Shown in pieces: positions 1 through 9,453 of a DNA stretch of 55,919 bases. The stretch comes from an uncultured virus (IMG/VR IMGVR_UViG_2061766007_004183) (taxonomy: Duplodnaviria > Heunggongvirae > Uroviricota > Caudoviricetes). The notes beneath the pieces were generated by a model, which saw only the letters and a list, made by a program, of their open reading frames with translations, had not been told where the DNA came from and made no database searches. The DNA lies in the IMG/VR virus record IMGVR_UViG_2061766007_004183; one strand, 5' to 3'. Numbering within the stretch: the first letter of the stretch is position 1; each line of letters begins with the position of its first letter. A program made the translations under genes and the position numbers.

Positions 1-4
1 GCCT

Positions 5-880
5 TTGCAGCACGATCATTTTACCCTCGGCCGCAGTTTCACCCCTGGACAGATGAAAGCCCTGCGCAAAGGAAATGTCCCCCAGGAGATGGAGGACAAG
101 TGGTTCTGGTACATGGAGGGCGATACGCTGTTTGCCCATCGGAGCTGGACCGGATACTGCATCTACAGGATCGACTTTTCACCGGACAATCATCATAAAG
201 TGACCGTCAATCGCGATCCCGAGCAGTATACATGCACCAGCACTGATGAGGATAGGGATCAGCTGAACAAACTCCTCGACTGGTGGACCAAGGACTCATA
301 CGATTATTATCATGAATGGCTGTCCGAGACAGTAGATTCTTTGAAAAAAGCAGGTATGATCAAGGACCAACTGAATGTCGCCGGTCAGGAAGTTGATGCG
401 ATCTTCTTCCACAAACCGTCTGAACCTCACGGTTTCCTGAGTAACTGGCATCCTTCTCCCTTCGACCTCGACGGCGTCCATTTCACTTCCGCTGAACAAT
501 ACATCATGTTCAAGAAGTGCATGCTCTTCGGTGACGTGGCTTCTGCTAAGAAGGTTCTTGCAACAGAAGACACAGAGGAACAGCAAGCCATTGGCCAGAA
601 CGCAAAAGGCTACGTCGGCAAGGTGTGGGAAGGAATGCGTCAGCTTGTTGCCGTTCGCGGTCTGCTTGCGAAGTTCTCCCAGAACGAGGACTTGAAGCAG
701 ATGCTGCTGGATACCGGCGATGCCTGGCTAGTGGAGTGTGCGCACAGAGACATCATCTGGGCTTGCGGCATCCGTCTCAATGAGGATGAGCGTTTTGATT
801 CGAGCAAATGGCGCGGGAAAAACATCCTCGGCTTTGCTCTGATGGAAGTTCGATCAATTCTGCGTGGGGCTAAAGGCTGA
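5..880 (+). CDS. NADAR (YbiA-like) domain protein with an N-terminal EDKWF/HRSWTG domain; probably 5'-truncated
   Basis: C-half has NADAR motifs FLSNWHPSPF, SAEQYIMFKK, AKFSQN..L..MLL.TG, LVE....D.IW..G, WRGKNILG.ALM.VR; frame is open to the window edge. Confidence 0.85.
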   Translation: MQHDHFTLGRSFTPGQMKALRKGNVPQEMEDKWFWYMEGDTLFAHRSWTGYCIYRIDFSPDNHHKVTVNRDPEQYTCTSTDEDRDQLNKLLDWWTKDSYDYYHEWLSETVDSLKKAGMIKDQLNVAGQEVDAIFFHKPSEPHGFLSNWHPSPFDLDGVHFTSAEQYIMFKKCMLFGDVASAKKVLATEDTEEQQAIGQNAKGYVGKVWEGMRQLVAVRGLLAKFSQNEDLKQMLLDTGDAWLVECAHRDIIWACGIRLNEDERFDSSKWRGKNILGFALMEVRSILRGAKG

Positions 881-955
881 CTCTGCGCACCAGCCTTGAA
901 AGGCAACTCGAAACATTATCTGCTCAGGAGAAGCGATAATTTCAGGTAAAGATTT

Positions 956-1717
956 ATGACTAGGAAAAAAGCTCGCTATGGCGATTACAAGAAGCGGCAG
1001 AAGATCCGAACAATTGTAATCGCTGTGATTTGTACTATCGCGATTATTTCTCTCCCGCGGATAATCAGCGCTTTGCGGACCCTTCAAACGCCTAAACCTT
1101 CTGTCCTGGGAACAGGTTCATATTCCGCAACAGACTTCAGTATTCCGCAATACTCCGGGTCAGCTTATGTAGAGATCAATGATAATATTCCCTTTTTCCA
1201 GGAGTCAGATATCACGACTACGGCATATGAAGAATACTGCCCTTTAGACAGACTTGGAAGATGCGGTCCTGCCATAGCCTGCCTCGGGCGTGAACTGATG
1301 CCAACTGAAGAGCGCGGGGAAATCGGCATGATAAGGCCTTCGGGGTGGCACACGGTAAGATATGACGATCTTATCGAGGACAAGTATCTCTATAACCGCT
1401 GCCACCTGATCGCCTATATGCTGGCGGGAGAGAATGACAACGAGCTAAATCTGATCACCGGGACAAGATATATGAATACTGGAGGTATGCTCCCCTTTGA
1501 GATAGAGATCGCAGACTATATCCTGGCGACCGGAAATCATGTGCTTTACAGGGTGTCCCCCTACTACTTTGAAAACGATCTGGTCGCAACTGGGGTGCTT
1601 ATGGAAGCATATTCCGTCGAGGACAACGGTCGGGGGCTGACCTTTAACGTATTTGTCTTTAATGTCCAGCCAGGGATCGTTATCGATTATAAGACCGGAA
1701 ACAGCAGTCGCCGATAA
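956..1717 (+). CDS. Membrane-anchored DNA/RNA non-specific endonuclease (DNA-entry nuclease family)
   Basis: N-terminal TM segment; LDRLGRCG, RPSGW, YNRCHLIAY, NLITGT..MN motifs. Confidence 0.9.
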   Translation: MTRKKARYGDYKKRQKIRTIVIAVICTIAIISLPRIISALRTLQTPKPSVLGTGSYSATDFSIPQYSGSAYVEINDNIPFFQESDITTTAYEEYCPLDRLGRCGPAIACLGRELMPTEERGEIGMIRPSGWHTVRYDDLIEDKYLYNRCHLIAYMLAGENDNELNLITGTRYMNTGGMLPFEIEIADYILATGNHVLYRVSPYYFENDLVATGVLMEAYSVEDNGRGLTFNVFVFNVQPGIVIDYKTGNSSRR

Positions 1718-1768
1718 TCTGCAGGTATTCGTATTTCTTATTATGTCTAGCGCAAGAGAGGTGTCAAA

Positions 1769-3211
1769 ATGGCGAGAAAGCGAATCGAAAACCCGAAAGT
1801 GTTCCTTTCATACGCATGGGGTGAAAAAGAGTACCAAAACATGGTCCTTGCATTTGCCACTCAACTAGTTCGTGATGGAATTGATGTTGTCTTCGATAAA
1901 TGGGATTTGGCTGAAGGAAATGACACAAATGCATTCATGGAAAAGTGCGTAAACGACCCAACTATCACAAATGTGCTGATGCTCCTCGACCCGCTGTATG
2001 CGACTAAAGCAAATGAGCACGCTGGCGGAGTTGGCACTGAGACGCAAATCATATCTGCCAAAGTCTATAGCGAAGTAGAGCAATCCAAGTTTATCCCTGT
2101 GGTGATGAAACGTGATCCTGAAGGAAACGTTTGCAAACCCACTTATCTCCAAACGAGATTGCACTTCGATTTGTCCATTCCTGAACGATATGATGAAGAG
2201 TATAAGAGACTTGTCAAAACACTATATGGCGAAGAAGTGTATCCAAAGCCCGAGTTGGGAAATAAGCCTTCTTGGGTAGAAAAACCAATTGCTGTCAAGC
2301 ACAGAGAATTAGTGACCTATGATACCATAAGAGGCGTCCAACCTAATGCGGTAAAGAGAGGTGCCTTTATTACGTACTTAAAGGAAATCTCTAACGATCT
2401 CATTACGTTTTGTGGTGGTGATATGTCAGGAATCTCCAACCCAAACGATTACATCTCCCAATATGATGAGACCGAGAGTATACGGACAAGGTTTCTGCAA
2501 TTACTGAAATACTCTGGCTATGTTGAGAATAGTCGACAGTTCGTTGCCGACTTTTTTGAGGAAACGGCCAATGGAATTACTCAGGCGAGTGGGAGAGTAG
2601 AACTCGCAAGGATAAGACTCCACGAGTTACTCATATATGTAATCGCATTCTTTCTCAGAGGTAAGGACTATTCTTCCATAGGGTATATCCTTGGAAAAAC
2701 GTATTACAATTGTCGCCGTTCCAACAGCCGTTCATTGGACAGCTTTAAAATGTTCTATAGCGGAAGCGATCATGAAAAGCTTGATATAGCCGTTCGGAAG
2801 CGAGACAACAAGAGATATATCACCGGCACAGGACAGCATTGGTTGGAAACACTGGCAACGGACCTATGTTCAAAAGAGCAATTCATTTTGGCAGATATTA
2901 TTTGTTTCAATTACTCCGTCTACGGAGCCGCTTTCGATGAAACCGGAATATGGTTCCCTATTACTTATATATTTGATTCTGAGTATAATAGTGTTATGGG
3001 TGCTTTCAGCAAAAAGCTCATTTCACGTGAGTATGCACAAGAACTACTTCCTCTGTTTGGATATAAGACTGTGGATGAACTGAAGGCTAAAATGAAATCA
3101 GTAGAAGACAGTCAAAGCGAACGCAGAGAAACAAGGTATTCCGACGCTTTTGAAAGCGCTCCTTTATTATGTGATTTCATTAAGGCTGGAGACGTTGGGA
3201 TTCGTCGATAA
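1769..3211 (+). CDS. SEFIR/TIR-domain protein, candidate anti-phage NADase
   Basis: N-terminus PKVFLSYAW...L..DGIDVVFDKWDL.EG.D...FME, GGVGTE, KFIPVV. Confidence 0.8.
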   Translation: MARKRIENPKVFLSYAWGEKEYQNMVLAFATQLVRDGIDVVFDKWDLAEGNDTNAFMEKCVNDPTITNVLMLLDPLYATKANEHAGGVGTETQIISAKVYSEVEQSKFIPVVMKRDPEGNVCKPTYLQTRLHFDLSIPERYDEEYKRLVKTLYGEEVYPKPELGNKPSWVEKPIAVKHRELVTYDTIRGVQPNAVKRGAFITYLKEISNDLITFCGGDMSGISNPNDYISQYDETESIRTRFLQLLKYSGYVENSRQFVADFFEETANGITQASGRVELARIRLHELLIYVIAFFLRGKDYSSIGYILGKTYYNCRRSNSRSLDSFKMFYSGSDHEKLDIAVRKRDNKRYITGTGQHWLETLATDLCSKEQFILADIICFNYSVYGAAFDETGIWFPITYIFDSEYNSVMGAFSKKLISREYAQELLPLFGYKTVDELKAKMKSVEDSQSERRETRYSDAFESAPLLCDFIKAGDVGIRR

Positions 3212-3446
3212 GATACAACCCTATCGCTCTCACAGAAATAGCCTGTGAATACAAAGTGAAGATATTTAAGAAGAGAGTAGCCCATTCATCATGTCTCAAA
3301 AAGTGGTTCAGACTTTTGAGACGGGAAATCCCTGGGTTTTTGCGGCAGAATCTAGTCTCTCAAAAAGTATACCTTTTGATACGCACCTTAGGGTATGATA
3401 CCGTCAGCCATTTTTTCTGCGAGAACTGCATAAGGAGGTTTCGTCC

Positions 3447-5216
3447 ATGGCAGATGGCGACAAGACCGGGAAGAAGATCCCAAAATCAGTCATATTCAAG
3501 CATTTTCTTTCACTGCCCGAGGAGCAGCGGGTCAAGCTGCTGCAGTCGCACATATCCCCTCGGCTCAAGAACGAGTTGGCGGAGAGCGAATTCAGTTTAA
3601 CGCTTAACGCCCTCAAGAAAAAGCCGGAGCCTGAGATCCGCGCGTATCTGACTAATGACAAAAACTTCGGCGGCCCCTGGCAGGACCTGATCCCTTACGG
3701 AGAAAGGCTGGCCGGCGATTACATGGACGATATCTACTCCCGATACGGCGGCACAAAGCGGATCAGCGATGAGGACAGGCTTTACGCGCTGGTCACGGAT
3801 AAAACGACCATGCCCAACCGTTTGGGGATTTTCTGGGGCGGCGTGAAGGGGGAGGTCAGGAAGGCCTACGAAAAGAAGTCTCTCGGGACCTTGAAGGATA
3901 TGAAGGCCATGGCGGTTTTCCTGGAGGATTCCAGGAATTATGCGCCGGGAAAAACCCAGGAGGACTTCCTGGAAGCAGTGAAGGAGACCATGGATCTCTC
4001 TAAAGAGAAGTCCATGATGGAACATATCCGGGAAGGTGCGCCGGAGGGCGATCCGGACCGAGGGGAGAAGATCCAGCGTGCCGCGCAGCTGTTCATGATC
4101 CAGCCGGAAAGCCGGGTCGATCATGAAGACCTGGTCAAAAAACTTCAGGGAAAAGGCTGGAAAAAGACTATCGATCCGAAGAAAGCGTTGGAGGCCGCCC
4201 ATCAAGGCGGATGGGTCAAGATAGAGGAGGTCATCCCGCGTATCCAATCTGCGATGGAGATCCCCGAGACAGAAGAAGAAAAGGCCCTTTTCAAGGAGGC
4301 GGCGATCCAGTCCGCGAAGGATATCTTCATGTCCTTCGGTGAGGGAACAAGGGAGAGCGCGGAAGGACAAGAGATCCTGAACTACGCCAAGAGACTGCAG
4401 GAGGAACTGTCGGCGTCGTACCTGAAGCAGCAAGAAGTGCAGGAGCTCCGGGAGAGCCTTGCCGGGGAGATCCGCACCCTGGAAAAGGAAAAGAGCGGCT
4501 GGTTCCTCAGCAAGACTAATACGAAGGAATACGACGACATGATGAAGGGCGTTCGCCTCTTCAACGCCAAGCTGGACATGATGAACGGGCAGCAGCCGGC
4601 GGGCCTTTCGGAGGGAGAACTGAAGACCGTACGGGAGGCCGACGCGGAGACGCTTCTCGCAAACGCGAAGACCGGCGTCTACAACTACGGCTGCCTGAAG
4701 ACTACGAACGGCAGAAAGGGCTTCGTTCACGACGCCGGCGAGGAACGCTTCGACTCCTCCATGAAGACGCTGGCGGGGCTGAACGAGCTGGGAAAAAAGC
4801 TCCATCTGGGCGATCCCGCAGCCGCGGTCCGGGACGAAGCTCAGCAGAAACTGCTGCAGAACCGCCGGGATAAGAACTGGATAAAGGAGAACGCTACGGA
4901 TCTGGCCGCGCAGACCATCTGCGCCCAGGCCATGCTGGGCAAAGGCATGCCGGCCTATCAGCAGCGCGCCATGCTGGAGGGCGACGCCTTCCGGAAACAG
5001 GTCGAAAAGATCAAGGCCGACGAGTCCTTCCAGCACATGATGAAGAAGGTGGGAGAGGAAGGCGTCGCCGACGCCATGATCAAGGGCGTCTCGGGCCTTG
5101 CCGAGGTCTATATGAAGTCGAGAAACGCCGTCCGCGGGGAGAATGCCGCCGAGATCAGCGAGAAGGATCTGACCCCCGTGGCCGAGACGCAGGGTCTCAC
5201 CTCTCCTGTCCGATAA
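3447..5216 (+). CDS. Hypothetical alpha-helical protein (589 aa), GC-rich
   Basis: AAGGAGG RBS before ATG; long ORF with strong GC3 bias. Confidence 0.75.
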   Translation: MADGDKTGKKIPKSVIFKHFLSLPEEQRVKLLQSHISPRLKNELAESEFSLTLNALKKKPEPEIRAYLTNDKNFGGPWQDLIPYGERLAGDYMDDIYSRYGGTKRISDEDRLYALVTDKTTMPNRLGIFWGGVKGEVRKAYEKKSLGTLKDMKAMAVFLEDSRNYAPGKTQEDFLEAVKETMDLSKEKSMMEHIREGAPEGDPDRGEKIQRAAQLFMIQPESRVDHEDLVKKLQGKGWKKTIDPKKALEAAHQGGWVKIEEVIPRIQSAMEIPETEEEKALFKEAAIQSAKDIFMSFGEGTRESAEGQEILNYAKRLQEELSASYLKQQEVQELRESLAGEIRTLEKEKSGWFLSKTNTKEYDDMMKGVRLFNAKLDMMNGQQPAGLSEGELKTVREADAETLLANAKTGVYNYGCLKTTNGRKGFVHDAGEERFDSSMKTLAGLNELGKKLHLGDPAAAVRDEAQQKLLQNRRDKNWIKENATDLAAQTICAQAMLGKGMPAYQQRAMLEGDAFRKQVEKIKADESFQHMMKKVGEEGVADAMIKGVSGLAEVYMKSRNAVRGENAAEISEKDLTPVAETQGLTSPVR

Positions 5217-5304
5217 GGACAAATTGGTTTAAGGGAGGAAACGCTCTCTTTTATGTGGTATAATGGGCCCAACAAGAAGCTTAAGTAGAAAGGGCATGAT
5301 ATAA

Positions 5305-5823
5305 ATGACACAGCTGGAAGTTGGAAAGCCTTTTCCGGTTATGGCCGGTCGTGGTGAGGGAGTGATTTTCAACATCGATGATGCTGGAGCGATGTTGATC
5401 TATAACTTTGCGAGGCCAACTGATAAGGAGATTGCAGCGGTAAAACAGGACCAGCCATTTGAGATCCGATTTCTCGAACTGAACGGGATCATTTGGATCC
5501 TGTCAAAATGCGGGAGCCTCGAATGGACAGATGCTCCGTATAACCCCAGGACCAGCCAATTGGGTAATCTGCCTCGTTTTGGAGAGAATCAAGGGTTGGG
5601 CCTGACGCTGATGATGACCGATGCTAATACTGCAATTATCAAAAGCCTTCGGATGATCGGCTTAGGGACCAAGTTCAGCATGGCCTTGATTGAGGCGACA
5701 GCCAATCAGAGAGCAATGCCAATGGATGATTATGAAGTCGCTGCATCAATCAACAACACAATGAATAGATACAGCACATCACAGCTCTGTCAAATGGCCC
5801 AGTACTATTTCAAGTTGAAATAA
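5305..5823 (+). CDS. Hypothetical protein
   Basis: 172-aa ORF; TG.TATAAT upstream and terminator downstream. Confidence 0.7.
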   Translation: MTQLEVGKPFPVMAGRGEGVIFNIDDAGAMLIYNFARPTDKEIAAVKQDQPFEIRFLELNGIIWILSKCGSLEWTDAPYNPRTSQLGNLPRFGENQGLGLTLMMTDANTAIIKSLRMIGLGTKFSMALIEATANQRAMPMDDYEVAASINNTMNRYSTSQLCQMAQYYFKLK

Positions 5824-5861
5824 GCTCCTGTTAACACCAACAAAACTGAAAAGCAAAACCA

Positions 5862-5897
5862 TGACAGCCGTGGAGATCCATGGCTGTCAGTTTTTTT
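5862..5897 (+). terminator. Intrinsic terminator
   Basis: TGACAGCCGTGGA/TCCATGGCTGTCA stem followed by T7. Confidence 0.75.
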
Positions 5898-6099
5898 GCT
5901 CGCTTTGTTGTTTTTCCCTTCACTAAATCGTAAGAAGGTATGGAGGCATTTATACCACAGGTTGAATGACAAAAGGCGAATTAGCAGTTATGATATCTGC
6001 TTAACTGAAACGATGAGCTTACGCTGCCTCCTGATGGCGGCAGCAGAAAACAGCAAAACAAATTTTCTAAGAACCAAAGGAGACTCACGCAATTTCACC

Positions 6100-6591
6100 A
6101 TGACAGCAATACTACACCTCGGAATACTCTTCCTCGCAAAAATCCTGGATAACGCACTCGGTACTTCCAAGACCATTCTGATCCAGCACGGGCGGAGCAT
6201 CCTGGCCGGAGCGACCCTGGCTGTTTCCAACTATATCGGATATCGGATCACAAAGCAGATAGTCACGGCCGACAGCAATATGGCCATGATTGCAGTTTCC
6301 GTCGCCAGCGGCTTCGGTTGCTGCCTGGCAATGGCCATCAACAAGAAGCTTTCCAAGGACAGGCTCTATGTGAACATCCTGATGTCAGACAACAAGCAGG
6401 CAATGCAGGAACTGAGAGATTATTTAGCCCAGCACCACATCACGAACGTTGCGGCCGACAGTTATACCCGCAATTGGGACACCAAGACCATTACCGTAAC
6501 CGCTTACGCACAGACCCGAGCCGAAAGCGAACTCATCAATTCGTATATCAGCCAGAGTCAGCAGAAAATCAAGCGCGTCGTCCAAAAATAA
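6100..6591 (+). CDS. DUF5698/DUF2179-like membrane protein
   Basis: LAKILDNALGT.KTIL motif, three TM segments, AAAGGAG RBS. Confidence 0.6.
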   Translation: MTAILHLGILFLAKILDNALGTSKTILIQHGRSILAGATLAVSNYIGYRITKQIVTADSNMAMIAVSVASGFGCCLAMAINKKLSKDRLYVNILMSDNKQAMQELRDYLAQHHITNVAADSYTRNWDTKTITVTAYAQTRAESELINSYISQSQQKIKRVVQK

Positions 6592-6664
6592 GGGCACGTG
6601 ATTATCTGTTGAAGAGTCCGGCTGAATTCGGTATCATTATTACAATCATCTGCACGGCAAAGGG

Positions 6665-7429
6665 GTGACAGACGTGCGGAATATAATCATTGAAAACCTG
6701 AAAAGAATCGAAGAATCTGAAAACGTACGTATTCTTATGGCCGTAGAATCTGGCAGCAGAGCATGGGGCTTCGCGTCTCCGGACAGCGATTATGACGTCC
6801 GTTTTATCTATGCTCGCCCTGCCGAAGAGTATCTGCGTCTTGACGAGCAGAGGGACGTGATCGAACTGCCTATCAACGATATGCTGGATATCAACGGCTG
6901 GGATATCAATAAGACCCTCCGGCTTCTCTATCGCTCAAACCCGACTCTGTGTGAATGGGCGTCTTCCCCGATTATCTATATGGATAATGGCTTCCTGGAA
7001 GTGATCAGGCCTCTTCTGCCAAAGTATTTCCATTCGAAGAAAGGGCTCTATCACTACCTCAGCATGGCCAAGTCCAATTATCGGGAATTCCTGAAGGGCG
7101 ATGTAGTCAAAACCAAAAAGTATTTCTATGTCCTTCGTCCGATCCTTGCGTGCAAATGGATCCTAGACAAACACAGTCCGCCGCCCATGCCGTTTGAAGA
7201 ACTGGTTGCAGCCGAACTGGATCCGACTTTGAAGCCAGAAATCGACCGGCTCCTGGACATCAAAATGAATGCTCCGGAATTGAAGCTCATACCGCGAATC
7301 GACGCGCTCAACCGCTTTCTAGACGATAGTATTGAAACCGTTGAGCAGGCTCTGGAACAAGCGCCGGATGAAGAGAGAAACAACTGGAGCGAGCTCAACA
7401 GACTATTCCTGGAGATCATCAAGAACTGA
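6665..7429 (+). CDS. Nucleotidyltransferase (YcgL/RlaP-like, Pol-beta superfamily)
   Basis: AVESGSRAWGFASPDSDYDVRFIY, DINGWD, SNPTL.EW, KKYFYVLRP. Confidence 0.9.
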   Translation: MTDVRNIIIENLKRIEESENVRILMAVESGSRAWGFASPDSDYDVRFIYARPAEEYLRLDEQRDVIELPINDMLDINGWDINKTLRLLYRSNPTLCEWASSPIIYMDNGFLEVIRPLLPKYFHSKKGLYHYLSMAKSNYREFLKGDVVKTKKYFYVLRPILACKWILDKHSPPPMPFEELVAAELDPTLKPEIDRLLDIKMNAPELKLIPRIDALNRFLDDSIETVEQALEQAPDEERNNWSELNRLFLEIIKN

Positions 7430-7444
7430 GGGTTCAGCAAGACT

Positions 7445-8191
7445 ATGAGATACTATGTCACAGCCGACATACATGGCTTCTATACGCCGCTTTACAAAGC
7501 ACTGACCGAGGCGGGATTCTTTACGGATACTGAGCCGAATAAGCTCATCGTTCTCGGTGACCTCTTTGATCGCGGCGCGGATGCACTGAAGATGCAGGAA
7601 TTCACCTTAAGCCTGATGGAAGATAATCGGGTCATCCTGATCAAGGGCAATCATGAGGATCTGTTTGTAGACTTGGCCACTAAAGACCACGGGTTAGCAT
7701 ACAGCCATCATGTCTCCAACGGCACATACGATACTGCTCTGCAGTTGACTGGGTTCAGTACGTCTGCGGCCGGGAGAAGGCCTTATGGCTTTGCTGACGC
7801 AGCCAGAAGGACTCCGTTTTTCAAGCAGATCATTCCCTCAATGCTGGATTATTACGAGACGGAGCACTATGTTTTCGTGCATGGCTGGATTCCGTGTGTC
7901 TACGAAAATGGTGAATTCAGCTATATAACAGACTGGCGGAATGCCGGCAAGGACGAGTGGACAAGTGCGCGATGGTATAACGGCATGGAAGCTGCGCAGA
8001 CCTGCCTGGAAGAAAAGACAATCGTATGCGGCCACTGGCATACTTCATATGGGCATTTCATGTTTGAGCACAAAGGGTCTGAGTTTGGCCCGGATGCGGA
8101 TTTCTCGCCCTTCTACGGCAACAGGATCATCGCATTGGACGCATGCACAGCCTTGAGCAGACGGGTCAATGTTGTTGTACTTAAGGACTAG
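7445..8191 (+). CDS. Calcineurin-like metallophosphoesterase
   Basis: ADIHG, LGDLFDRG, KGNHE, FVHG, CGHWH motifs. Confidence 0.9.
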   Translation: MRYYVTADIHGFYTPLYKALTEAGFFTDTEPNKLIVLGDLFDRGADALKMQEFTLSLMEDNRVILIKGNHEDLFVDLATKDHGLAYSHHVSNGTYDTALQLTGFSTSAAGRRPYGFADAARRTPFFKQIIPSMLDYYETEHYVFVHGWIPCVYENGEFSYITDWRNAGKDEWTSARWYNGMEAAQTCLEEKTIVCGHWHTSYGHFMFEHKGSEFGPDADFSPFYGNRIIALDACTALSRRVNVVVLKD

Positions 8192-8247
8192 GCCTGCACA
8201 GACAGTCCGCACGTCAAGTGGGTGAAATACCCAATCAACAGAACACT

Positions 8248-8295
8248 GACAGCCTTTCCTGCTTGTTCCATCAAGAGGGAAGGCTGCCGTTTTTT
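8248..8295 (+). terminator. Probable intrinsic terminator
   Basis: CAGCCTTTCC/GGGAAGGCTG stem followed by a T-run. Confidence 0.55.
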
Positions 8296-8305
8296 CCGCA
8301 CATTA

Positions 8306-8334
8306 TTGCCATGAACCATGCGGTGTGGTAGAAT
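8306..8334 (+). promoter_or_regulatory. SigA-type promoter
   Basis: TTGCCA-17-TAGAAT with extended TG; predicted +1 near 8341, the first base of a long stem. Confidence 0.65.
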
Positions 8335-8340
8335 GACCTC

Positions 8341-8497
8341 GCTACACAATCTTAAGTTTTCACCTGTAGGGTGGGTTTTTGTTTCGGCAAAAACGCACCT
8401 CCTCTTCTCATCCCTACAGGTGACGAAGGATTGTGTAGCAGCAAATGGAGCTCTGCGTTTTTCAGTGCGTGGTTCCATTTGGGGCTGCGCACTTTTT
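8341..8497 (+). ncRNA. Candidate structured sRNA or cis-regulatory leader
   Basis: Nested stems GCTACACAATCTT/AGGATTGTGTAGC and TCACCTGTAGGG/CCCTACAGGTGA, then a terminator at 8464-8497. Confidence 0.55.
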
Positions 8498-8528
8498 ATT
8501 ATCACGGATACAGAGAGTTGGCCCGCTA

Positions 8529-8903
8529 ATGGATAATATATCGGAAGATAAAACCTCTGGCAGGACAGACGGAAGTGCGTTTTTCATCTTCTCGCCGCGA
8601 AATGCGGACGAGTTCAGACGGCCGTTCCCGCTTGATAGTATTCAACCTTACCGAATCATCGAGACCATTACTCTGAACGGAATGGACTATGAAAACTTTG
8701 CGACCGACATGCTGGTCGAACGCGAATACTTAGAGCCGTTCGAAGGGTTGTGCTGCACCGGGGCCGTATATGAATGCGTTCTCGTTTGCCGGCAAGGGAA
8801 CAACAGAACGGGAATTCTCGTCATACCGGACAGCGGAGGATATATAAAATGCGCTGCCTATTACGATGATCGGGAGGTCAGTGAAGATGAAGTCCAAGTA
8901 TGA
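8529..8903 (+). CDS. Hypothetical protein
   Basis: ORF with YENFATDML motif; start uncertain. Confidence 0.55.
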   Translation: MDNISEDKTSGRTDGSAFFIFSPRNADEFRRPFPLDSIQPYRIIETITLNGMDYENFATDMLVEREYLEPFEGLCCTGAVYECVLVCRQGNNRTGILVIPDSGGYIKCAAYYDDREVSEDEVQV

Positions 8904-9147
8904 AGACTATTCTGTCGACGAACTGAGGAAAGCTTTCAAAACCCTCTTTGGCTCTATTGATCCTAATTGGGATTACAACGAAGACCCTCAGATAACCGAC
9001 GAGGAGATTGCTGAGCTCGAAGAGATCATAGCCATACTCCGTGTTAAAGATCCCCTTCCGCCACCGAAGCACACTGCCAAAGAGAGTTGGGCAATCTTTA
9101 AGGCAGAACACGCGGAGGAATTCGCCAAGCTGGGCCAGATCAGTTGA
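8887..9147 (+). CDS. Hypothetical small acidic protein
   Basis: GGAGG RBS; 86-aa ORF. Confidence 0.6.
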   Translation: MKSKYEDYSVDELRKAFKTLFGSIDPNWDYNEDPQITDEEIAELEEIIAILRVKDPLPPPKHTAKESWAIFKAEHAEEFAKLGQIS

Positions 9148-9168
9148 ACCCTTTATACCACAGGTATA

Positions 9169-9197
9169 TTTACAAGACAAAATCGGTGTGCTATAGT
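9169..9197 (+). promoter_or_regulatory. SigA-type promoter of the rtcB-tRNA operon
   Basis: TTTACA-17-TATAGT with extended TG. Confidence 0.7.
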
Positions 9198-9237
9198 AGC
9201 CGCAGAAATCGGGCTATGCCCAGAAAGGACACAAGAC

Positions 9238-9363
9238 ATGCTTTCGTTTGCTTTTGCTTTGTCATTAAAAGAGCAAGAACGGTTCCAGTCCAGCTATTAT
9301 TGCCTGGGCAATGTCAGTGTGCGCTCATATAAGGCAAAGTATAACGGCAGCATGATCAGATAA
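9238..9363 (+). CDS. 41-aa leader peptide MLSFAFALSLKEQERFQSSYYCLGNVSVRSYKAKYNGSMIR
   Basis: AAAGGA RBS; ATG 9238 to TAA 9363; overlaps the antiterminator strand; below the ORF-track size cut-off. Confidence 0.75.
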   Translation: MLSFAFALSLKEQERFQSSYYCLGNVSVRSYKAKYNGSMIR

Positions 9364-9425
9364 TCCCTTTCGGATAAGATCATAACCATCGGCCGCTTGC
9401 CTTGTATGAGGCAAGCGGCCTTTTT
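9324..9425 (+). promoter_or_regulatory. Transcription attenuator (terminator/antiterminator)
   Basis: Terminator GGCCGCTTGCCT-tgtatg-AGGCAAGCGGCC-TTTTT (9391-9425); CTCATATAAGGCAA (9324-9337) pairs over 14 bp with TTGCCTTGTATGAG (9397-9410). Confidence 0.8.
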
Positions 9426-9453
9426 CTGCCCACAAATGGAGGAGAACAGCAAA

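Noticed and set aside
3597..5222. 541-aa antisense ORF (likewise 27008-27988, 28703-29842, 31236-32174, 32098-33066)
   Set aside because: Antisense shadows of GC3-rich genes that have RBSs and/or recognisable motifs on the other strand
5990..6099. Possible riboswitch before the DUF5698-like gene
   Set aside because: Only one short GCTGCC/GGCAGC hairpin; no recognisable aptamer consensus
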